Origin: Escherichia coli
GTDB taxonomy: Bacteria > Pseudomonadota > Gammaproteobacteria > Enterobacterales > Enterobacteriaceae
Length of the DNA: 64,000 nt
Reading direction: 5' to 3' (one strand)
Assembly (NCBI RefSeq): GCF_024298765.1
Contig: NZ_CP101210.1
Shown here piece after piece: positions 54,488 to 64,000 of this stretch (positions are counted from its first letter, which is position 1; the number at the start of each line of letters is the position of its first letter). The notes below the pieces were generated by a model that saw only the letters and a list, made by a program, of their open reading frames with translations, searched no databases and was not told where the DNA came from. The position numbers were made by a program, and so were the translations under genes.

Positions 54488-55969
54488 TTATAATAACCAT
54501 TCCACGGGCAATATCGACGCCAGTCTGACCATAACCCGCTTCCAGAAACTGGTGGCGGGTTCTTTTTTGAGAATAATCTCTTTCTTTGCATGACGATCAA
54601 CCCAGTTGATCCGTCCCCACCTGTCCAGACGGAGCTGCCAGGCCGCATCATACTGGCTCTGAATAAAGCGTTTATCAATTAACTGTGCCAACGTTTCGCT
54701 CTCTATCACGAAGCCCATTTCAGTATTGAGCAATGTCGAACGTGGATCGAAATTGAAAGAGCCGATAAACACCGTTTTACCATCGATGCTAAAGGTTTTA
54801 GCATGCAAGCTGGCACCGGAATTACCGGTTATACCGCGATCGTGTAACGTACTACTTTGTTCACGCGTCGGCTTGAGTTCATATAATTCCACGCCATAGC
54901 GGAGCAATTTTTTGCGCCAGCGCGCGTATCCGGCATGGACGACAGCAACATCGTTAGCGGCAAGAGAATTGGTTAGGATCGCAATCTTTACCCCTTTTCT
55001 CACCATCCGTAAGAGTTGCGCCACACCTGCGCGTGTCGGTACAAAATAGGAAGAGATAATATCGATGCGTTCACTGGGTGAGCCCATGATATCGAACAGG
55101 CGCTGCGGTAACAGTGAATGCCGTTTTGCCTTGCCTTCCCCTTTCGCCGGATCATCACTTAATAAACGTGTTTTCGCCCAGATAAGCGGCAACGTTCCAT
55201 CAACCAGATGATTTATAAACGGGCTGGATTCCATTTTGCGTAAATAACGATGCGTCATGGCATCGTTGTGCCAGGATGCTGGTAACTCGATGCGATCCGC
55301 CATTTCACCTTCCGGGACATCCAGCACCTGCTGTAGGGGTGAAACCGATTTGCAATACCAGTAGCGGGCGAAATCATCGGCAACGTCCTCTACAACTGGT
55401 CCTATTGCCATGACATCTAAATCCGAAAAAAGTGGCTCTTCCCCTGCACCAAAATAGGCATCACCAATATTTCGCCCCCCTACCAGGGTAACCACGCCAT
55501 CGACAGTGAAACTTTTATTGTGCATACGGCGATTGAGACGGGAAAAGTCGGTGATATAACCAAGCGGACGCAGCAAGCGAAACGAGAAAGGATTAAAAAG
55601 CCGGACTTCAATGCGGGGATGACTGTCAAGCAAGCGTAAAATGTCGTCAAGTCCGGGCGTATTGTTGTCATCCAGCAACAAACGGACGCGAACGCCACGC
55701 TTTGCTGCGGCTAACAGGGCGGAAAAGAGTAACCGACCCGACATATCGTCCTGCCAGATGTAATACTGAACATCCAGCGTATGCTCTGCCATTTCGGCCA
55801 GACGGTACCGGGCGGCAAACGCATCCAGACTTTTCTCCAGAGGAAAAAGGCCACACTGACCGGGATGTTGCGAACACAGTGGCAGCACCGCGCTCGCCAG
55901 CCGGGGCAAATCATTCATCTCCTTGTTGAGTAAGGAGTCTTTCGTAGAGGTGGGCGTTTTCTTCATCAT
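54488..55969 (-). CDS. clsC: cardiolipin synthase C (PLD family)
   Basis: ~493 aa with two HxK motifs (RMHNKSF, SLHAKTF); start codon choice uncertain. Confidence 0.85.
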   Translation of the reverse strand: MMKKTPTSTKDSLLNKEMNDLPRLASAVLPLCSQHPGQCGLFPLEKSLDAFAARYRLAEMAEHTLDVQYYIWQDDMSGRLLFSALLAAAKRGVRVRLLLDDNNTPGLDDILRLLDSHPRIEVRLFNPFSFRLLRPLGYITDFSRLNRRMHNKSFTVDGVVTLVGGRNIGDAYFGAGEEPLFSDLDVMAIGPVVEDVADDFARYWYCKSVSPLQQVLDVPEGEMADRIELPASWHNDAMTHRYLRKMESSPFINHLVDGTLPLIWAKTRLLSDDPAKGEGKAKRHSLLPQRLFDIMGSPSERIDIISSYFVPTRAGVAQLLRMVRKGVKIAILTNSLAANDVAVVHAGYARWRKKLLRYGVELYELKPTREQSSTLHDRGITGNSGASLHAKTFSIDGKTVFIGSFNFDPRSTLLNTEMGFVIESETLAQLIDKRFIQSQYDAAWQLRLDRWGRINWVDRHAKKEIILKKEPATSFWKRVMVRLASILPVEWLL

Positions 55970-56444
55970 AACAGACAAAGTATACCTGTTCGGGTAAAGC
56001 GTGACGGGTAATAAATTCTGAAACGGTTTTTACTGCGATTTCAGCCGCTGCCGCACGAGGGTAACCATAAACCCCAGTACTGATTGCAGGAAAAGCCACT
56101 GACGTATAGCTGTTTGCCGCCACCAGTCGTAGGCTATTGAGATAGGCATCCTGCAAAAGCTGGTCTTCGTTTTGTTCACCACCACGCCAGACTGGCCCGA
56201 CGGTGTGCACTACGGCTTTAGCAGGAAGATCGCCTGCAAGCGTAATAACGGCATGCCCCGTAGGGCAATCGCCCTGCTGCTGCCTGACTTTTAAACAGGC
56301 ATCCAACAGGGCCGGACCCGCTGCGCGATGAATGGCCCCATCGACGCCGCCGCCTCCCATTAATGACGGATTAGCCGCATTCACAATCACATCAACGGCC
56401 AGTTTGGTAATATCACCCTGCACAACATGAATACGCGTTTTCAT
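55911..56444 (-). CDS. ymdB: macrodomain protein, O-acetyl-ADP-ribose deacetylase
   Basis: 177 aa [25 protein letters not shown]. Confidence 0.92.
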
Positions 56445-56538
56445 AACGCCTCCTTACACCTTCTTGTTTCTTAAGTGTACAGCAGGCTTTTTGGTTAAAT
56501 CGCATTTTTCTGCTCAGCAACGTGAGTTGTTCAGAAAC

Positions 56539-56966
<428 letters not shown>

Positions 56967-56969
56967 TAG

Positions 56970-57303
<334 letters not shown>

Positions 57304-57361
57304 ATTCTTCTCCCGAAAAAAAACAGGGCTTGCGCCCTGTTTCTTTAATACAGATGATGTA

Positions 57362-57820
57362 TTAGTACTGATGAGCGGTCGCGTTGTTACCAAAGCCAAC
57401 CTGAGTCACGTTGACGGAGGAGTTAGATGCAGTCTGATCAACTGCAGCACCGTTGCCACCACCGAACTGTTTAACAGTCATTTCAGAATTTTTGCCGTTC
57501 CACTGATCAAGAGTGGCGCTGTTACCGAAGCCACGTTGGGTCAGATCGATTGAGCTGTCATCTGAGCCCTGACCAACATCTGCACCATTACCACCGCCAT
57601 GTTGGGTAATAGTCAAGTCAGAGTTACGGGCATCAGCTTGCAGAGCAAGTGCAGAGTTACCGCCACCGTACTGGTAAATGTTCAGCTCTGAATTTGGGCC
57701 GCTATTATTACCGCCACCACCGTGGTTGCCGCCACCGCCGCCGTACTGAGGAACAACACCTGCCAGAGCGCTACCGGAGAATACGATTGCTGCAATTGCT
57801 GCTACTTTTAAAAGTTTCAT
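57362..57820 (-). CDS. csgA: major curlin subunit
   Basis: 152 aa with signal peptide and five imperfect S-x5-Q-x-G-x-G-N-x-A repeats. Confidence 0.95.
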   Translation of the reverse strand: MKLLKVAAIAAIVFSGSALAGVVPQYGGGGGNHGGGGNNSGPNSELNIYQYGGGNSALALQADARNSDLTITQHGGGNGADVGQGSDDSSIDLTQRGFGNSATLDQWNGKNSEMTVKQFGGGNGAAVDQTASNSSVNVTQVGFGNNATAHQY

Positions 57821-57860
57821 GTAAAACCCCCATCGGATTGATTTAAAAGTCGAATGGAAA

Positions 57861-58316
57861 TTAACGTTGTGTCACGCGAATAGCCATTTGCGACTGTCTC
57901 TGCACTACAATTGCCGTTTTTTGAGTACCATACTGTGTAATATTTGCTTTATTACCCGAACCTTTCTGGATAATCATCGCAGTATTACCATAAGCACCTT
58001 GCGAAATACTGGCATCGTTGGCACTGCCCGCCTGATCAATATATGCAAGGTTATAATCTCCTGTCTGGTCAATCTTTGCCCGGTTGCTACTACCTTCTTG
58101 CGCAACAACCGCCAAAAGTTTTGAGCCTCCCTGCCGTAACTGAGCACTATTATTAGTCCCAGCTTGACCAATTATGGCTGCCTGATTAAATGAAGACTTA
58201 CTCAATTCATTTACCGCGAAGTTATATTCTGAATTAGCTAAATCATAACCTGCTGCGGCTGCAATCCCAGGCGCACCCAGTATTGTTAACATCATAAATA
58301 ACAATTTGTTTTTCAT
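57861..58316 (-). CDS. csgB: minor curlin/nucleator
   Basis: 151 aa from MKNKLLFMMLTILGAPGIAAA; track ORF trimmed. Confidence 0.93.
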   Translation of the reverse strand: MKNKLLFMMLTILGAPGIAAAAGYDLANSEYNFAVNELSKSSFNQAAIIGQAGTNNSAQLRQGGSKLLAVVAQEGSSNRAKIDQTGDYNLAYIDQAGSANDASISQGAYGNTAMIIQKGSGNKANITQYGTQKTAIVVQRQSQMAIRVTQR

Positions 58317-59069
58317 GTTGTCACCCTGGACCTGGTCGTACATTTAAGAAATTAAATCATTTCAACTTGGTTGTTAACGCAACCTGTATTTTGTTAACGC
58401 TGCGTTACGATGGAAAGTATGTCTGCGGAAATATTTTTAATAACTCACCCGCGCGTTGTATTTTTCTTTTTTTGTTCATACCAAAGTATTAAAACTCACG
58501 TAAATACGCTGTTATCTACGCAAAAAATATTTTGTTTTCTTTTAAATCTCCGTTTTCCGCTATCAAAAATCACCAGACAATCATTCTTCTTGCCCGTCGC
58601 TGATTGCTGCGATATGTCTTGCGCACAAGCCGTGACAAACCTCGTCTTTTTGCAGTAAAAAATTGTCCACGGAGGTGTGGAGAAAAAACAAGAACGTTTT
58701 ACATGACGAAAGGACTACACCGAAATATTTTTTATATGCATTATTAGTAAGTTAGCACCATTTGTATGATTTTTTAAAATTGTGCAATAAAAACCAAATG
58801 TACAACTTTTCTATCATTTCTAAACTTAATAAAACCTTAAGATTAACATTTTAATATAACGAGTTACATTTAGTTACATGTTTAACACTTGATTTAAGAT
58901 TTGTAATGGCTAGATTGAAATCAGATGTAATCCATTAGTTTTATATTTTACCCATTTAGGGCTGATTTATTACTACACACAGCAGTGCAACATCTGTCAG
59001 TACTTCTGGTGCTTCTATTTTAGAGGCAGCTGTCAGGTGTGCGATCAATAAAAAAAGCGGGGTTTCATC
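58317..59069. promoter_or_regulatory. csgB-csgD divergent intergenic regulatory region
   Basis: ~750-bp AT-rich ORF-poor spacer between the divergent csgBAC and csgDEFG operons; a known regulatory hub for curli expression. Confidence 0.8.
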
Positions 59070-59720
<651 letters not shown>

Positions 59721-59724
59721 AGCC

Positions 59725-60114
59725 ATGAAACGTTATTTACGCTGGATTGTGGCGGCAGAATTTCTGTTCGCCGCAGGGAATCTTCACGCCGTTGAGGTAG
59801 AAGTCCCGGGATTGTTAACTGACCATACTGTTTCATCTATTGGCCATGATTTTTACCGAGCCTTTAGTGATAAATGGGAAAGTGACTATACGGGTAACTT
59901 AACGATTAATGAAAGGCCCAGTGCACGATGGGGAAGCTGGATCACAATAACGGTGAATCAGGACGTTATTTTCCAGACTTTTTTATTTCCGTTGAAAAGA
60001 GACTTCGAGAAAACTGTCGTCTTTGCACTGATTCAAACTGAAGAAGCACTAAATCGTCGCCAGATAAACCAAGCGTTATTAAGTACGGGCGATTTGGCGC
60101 ATGATGAATTTTAA
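59725..60114 (+). CDS. csgE: curli secretion specificity factor
   Basis: 129 aa. Confidence 0.93.
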
Positions 60115-60138
60115 ATAATAAATTGTTCGGAGGCTGCA

Positions 60139-60555
60139 ATGCGTGTCAAACATGCAGTAGTTCTACTCATGCTTATTTCGCCATTAAGTTGGGCTGGAAC
60201 CATGACTTTCCAGTTCCGTAATCCAAACTTTGGTGGTAACCCAAATAATGGCGCTTTTTTGTTAAATAGCGCTCAGGCCCAAAACTCTTATAAAGATCCG
60301 AGCTATAACGATGACTTTGGTATTGAAACGCCCTCGGCGTTAGATAACTTTACTCAGGCCATCCAGTCACAAATTTTGGGTGGGCTACTGTCGAATATTA
60401 ATACCGGTAAACCGGGCCGCATGGTGACCAACGATTATATTGTTGATATTGCTAACCGCGATGGTCAATTGCAGTTGAACGTGACAGATCGTAAAACCGG
60501 ACAAACCTCGACCATCCAGGTTTCGGGTTTACAAAATAACTCAACCGATTTTTAA
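60139..60555 (+). CDS. csgF: curli assembly protein
   Basis: 138 aa. Confidence 0.93.
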
Positions 60556-60581
60556 GCCCCAGCTTCATAAGGAAAATAATC

Positions 60582-61415
60582 ATGCAGCGCTTATTTCTTT
60601 TGGTTGCCGTCATGTTACTGAGCGGATGCTTAACCGCCCCGCCTAAAGAAGCCGCCAGACCGACATTAATGCCTCGTGCTCAGAGCTACAAAGATTTGAC
60701 CCATCTGCCAGCGCCGACGGGTAAGATCTTTGTTTCGGTATACAACATTCAGGACGAAACCGGGCAATTTAAACCCTACCCGGCAAGTAACTTCTCCACT
60801 GCTGTTCCGCAAAGCGCCACGGCAATGCTGGTCACGGCATTGAAAGATTCTCGCTGGTTTATACCGCTGGAGCGCCAAGGCTTACAAAACCTGCTTAACG
60901 AGCGCAAGATTATTCGTGCGGCACAAGAAAACGGCACGGTTGCCATTAATAACCGAATCCCGCTGCAATCTTTAACGGCGGCAAATATCATGGTTGAAGG
61001 TTCAATTATCGGTTATGAAAGCAACGTTAAATCGGGCGGGGTTGGGGCAAGATATTTTGGGATCGGTGCAGACACGCAATACCAGCTTGATCAGATTGCC
61101 GTGAACCTGCGCGTCGTCAATGTGAGTACCGGCGAGATCCTCTCCTCGGTGAACACCAGTAAGACGATACTTTCCTATGAAGTTCAGGCGGGGGTCTTCC
61201 GCTTTATTGACTACCAGCGCTTGCTGGAAGGGGAAGTAGGTTACACCTCGAACGAACCCGTTATGCTGTGCCTGATGTCGGCTATCGAAACAGGCGTCAT
61301 TTTCCTGATTAATGATGGTATCGACCGCGGTCTTTGGGATTTGCAAAATAAAGCAGAACGGCAGAATGACATTCTGGTGAAATACCGCCATATGTCGGTT
61401 CCACCGGAATCCTGA
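60582..61415 (+). CDS. csgG: curli secretion channel lipoprotein
   Basis: 277 aa with lipobox LLSGC. Confidence 0.95.
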   Translation: MQRLFLLVAVMLLSGCLTAPPKEAARPTLMPRAQSYKDLTHLPAPTGKIFVSVYNIQDETGQFKPYPASNFSTAVPQSATAMLVTALKDSRWFIPLERQGLQNLLNERKIIRAAQENGTVAINNRIPLQSLTAANIMVEGSIIGYESNVKSGGVGARYFGIGADTQYQLDQIAVNLRVVNVSTGEILSSVNTSKTILSYEVQAGVFRFIDYQRLLEGEVGYTSNEPVMLCLMSAIETGVIFLINDGIDRGLWDLQNKAERQNDILVKYRHMSVPPES

Positions 61416-61434
61416 TAGATAAAAATGCCGGAAT

Positions 61435-61461
61435 TATCATCCGGCATTTTACTGTTTAAGC
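61435..61461 (+). terminator. csgG Rho-independent terminator
   Basis: ATGCCGGA-attatca-TCCGGCAT followed by TTTT; a second hairpin AGCGTGAG...CTCACGCT follows. Confidence 0.7.
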
Positions 61462-61478
61462 GAAAGCGTGAGTGCCCC

Positions 61479-61970
61479 TCACGCTTTATTTTTGATTTGC
61501 TGCTCACGGTGAGCGGTCTTCGTACTACGCGCCGCCAGCCACAAGCCGCTGTTTTTCATTGCGTAACCAAATATCAACCCGAGCGCCAGCGAAGGTAACA
61601 CCAGTTTCCAGTCACCCTGCCCGGCAAACGTCGCGCATGCGCCTATAAACGTTCCCGGAACAAATGAAAGCAGCAGCTGTTTGGCCTGAATACACATCAG
61701 AAACGCGACAATACCGGTTATGACATAACCGAGAATTTCCAGATGTGGTGCCAGTGCACTACCGTAAATAATGACCATCGCCCACACCACGCCACTAAGC
61801 AGGGTTGCAGCGGAGATCGCCAGCCCTTTCAGCCCACCTTGCGGGCAGGCAAAGTAGGCCGTACAGCCCAGGAAGCCCGCCCAGCTTAGTAAGCCCAGGG
61901 AAACAGCCACCCATCCCCAGATACCGGAGAGAATGCCTGTTGTGATTGCAATAGAGAGAAGTATGTTCAT
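61479..61970 (-). CDS. ycdZ: inner membrane protein YcdZ (DUF1097)
   Basis: 163 aa from MNILLSIAITTGILSGIWGW; track ORF trimmed. Confidence 0.82.
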   Translation of the reverse strand: MNILLSIAITTGILSGIWGWVAVSLGLLSWAGFLGCTAYFACPQGGLKGLAISAATLLSGVVWAMVIIYGSALAPHLEILGYVITGIVAFLMCIQAKQLLLSFVPGTFIGACATFAGQGDWKLVLPSLALGLIFGYAMKNSGLWLAARSTKTAHREQQIKNKA

Positions 61971-62071
61971 GCCGCGCATGATAGCAGAAAACGCGGCCAT
62001 GAATGAGATCGAGCACACATTTTATGCAACAACAAATTATCTGTTGCAGTTATGAGTGATGTAGATCACAT

Positions 62072-62626
62072 TTACTCTTCAGAATCTTCTTCCAGCTCGT
62101 CCCACATTGCACTAATGGCATCGCGGGTTAGCGGTGCCATGGTGCGCCAGAAAGGCGTGGTTGCATGGGCCTCCACTTTGCCAAGGAACGCACCACACCA
62201 GGGTAACAGATACTCACTGAACAGTGTTTCCAGTGCTTCGCTCTCATCTTCCGTTGACTGATCTTCCAGCCAGGAAGCCGCGAGCAGCAATGTGCCGATG
62301 TGATCGGCTGGCGTATCCGCTAATGGCATCCCCCGTTCGGAAAGAAAAGCGCGCACTTCCGCTTCCGTCGCGCCCTCAACCCATGCGCTACGATATGGCG
62401 GCACAGCACATTCATCGCCGATAAACAACGCATTGTAATCGGCAGAGACTTGCGTCATATCACAGCTTTTCTGTAAACGCGTCAGTAACTCATCCTGCTC
62501 CAGTGGCCAGTTCGCAGCCAGTTTCCCCTCACGAATCAGGGTAAACAACGGCACCAGTAAAGGATCTTGCGGTTGGCGGTAATAGAGCGAACCCAGCACA
62601 CGACAGAGGATAGAAAACTCATTCAT
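62072..62626 (-). CDS. ycdY: TorD-family redox enzyme maturation chaperone
   Basis: 184 aa; synteny with ycdX. Confidence 0.85.
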   Translation of the reverse strand: MNEFSILCRVLGSLYYRQPQDPLLVPLFTLIREGKLAANWPLEQDELLTRLQKSCDMTQVSADYNALFIGDECAVPPYRSAWVEGATEAEVRAFLSERGMPLADTPADHIGTLLLAASWLEDQSTEDESEALETLFSEYLLPWCGAFLGKVEAHATTPFWRTMAPLTRDAISAMWDELEEDSEE

Positions 62627-62649
62627 TAATATATTTCCATTACTAGTAA

Positions 62650-63387
62650 TTAAAGGTCTGCAAATTCCGCAATCGGTGCCATACCGCGAGATTCAAGGAA
62701 GTTAAGTAAGCGGCGCGGAGAAACATTCAAAATGCGCTCTGGCGGAAAATCTACCGCGTCGAGGATTTTAAGACACTCTTCAAATTCCCCCATGGTAAAC
62801 GCAGTGTGAGAATCCGAGCCTAATGCCACCCAACCTCCAGCGTCACGTACCGCTGCGGCTACCGCCCGACAGTTGTCTTCACTGCCCTTACGTGAGTGTA
62901 AAAATGAGGAATTATTGATTTCCAGCGCCACCTGATGTTTCGCGGCTGCTTCAGCAACGGCTTTAACATCTATTTCATATTTCGGATTTCCGGGATGGCT
63001 TATTATATGCACATTGCCGCTGGCGATAGTGGCGATCATCGCTTGCGTATTGGTCGCTTTGTCATGCGGCGCAAACACCGGCTCATGAAAACCGGCAATA
63101 ATCAGATCCAGCGAATCAAACATTTTTCCGCTGCAGTCAATTTCACCATCAACATTTTTAATGTTAGCTTCGATGCCGCGCAGGATCCCTACCCCATCAA
63201 CCACTCGCGGCCAGATACGCATGTTAATGAAGTGCCAGTGATGCGGCGCATCTTCCATATCCGGGCCATGATCGGTGATCGCAAAAAGTTTAATGCCCTT
63301 TTGTTTGGCCTGGGCAATGTAATCACTCAATGTGCTATATGCATGCGTGCTGGCAACGGTATGCATATGAAGGTCGACGGGATACAT
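62650..63387 (-). CDS. ycdX: PHP-domain zinc phosphatase
   Basis: 245 aa [18 protein letters not shown]. Confidence 0.9.
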
Positions 63388-63441
63388 AACTCTCTCCTGT
63401 ATTCAATTCCCGCCAAGGATAGCAGGAAACCTGATGCTTTA

Positions 63442-64000
<559 letters not shown>

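Noticed and set aside
57362-57820. Internal tandem repeats in csgA as a possible repeat element
   Set aside because: These are the amyloid-core repeats of curlin at the protein level, not a DNA repeat element

Overview
This window reads as an Escherichia coli-type chromosomal segment, recognised by gene content and order from memory (no search was run), lying in reverse orientation relative to the usual K-12 map. Coordinates for CDS come from the supplied ORF track with starts trimmed by codon arithmetic; non-CDS coordinates were counted by hand and may be off by 1-2 nt. Conserved backbone, in window order: holB' (partial), tmk, mltG, pabC, [IS200 copy], fabF-acpP-fabG-fabD-fabH-plsX-rpmF-yceD, yceF, rluC, rne, [DUF1778 antitoxin + GNAT toxin pair], flgLKJIHGFEDCB, flgA-flgM-flgN, murJ, yceM, yceH, rimJ, mdtH, grxB, yceB, pyrC, dinI, bssS, solA, yceO, yceJ, yceI, trhO, lpxL, mdtG (split), msyB, yceK, opgH-opgG, opgC, clsC-ymdB-ymdA, csgCAB, csgDEFG, ycdZ-ycdY-ycdX, ghrA' (partial). 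Three accessory insertions interrupt this backbone. The most interesting is a ~4.3-kb integrative element that splits mdtG precisely: it carries a large serine recombinase, a ~1.1-kb stretch with no ORF of 60 aa or more, a small resolvase/invertase-like serine recombinase, and a 227-aa predicted two-TM coiled-coil protein of unknown function. That element is my best candidate for an undescribed system, but its function cannot be assigned from sequence alone. The other two insertions are a near-canonical IS200 between pabC and fabF, and a type II GNAT toxin-antitoxin module between rne and flgL. No tRNA, rRNA or CRISPR array was found.
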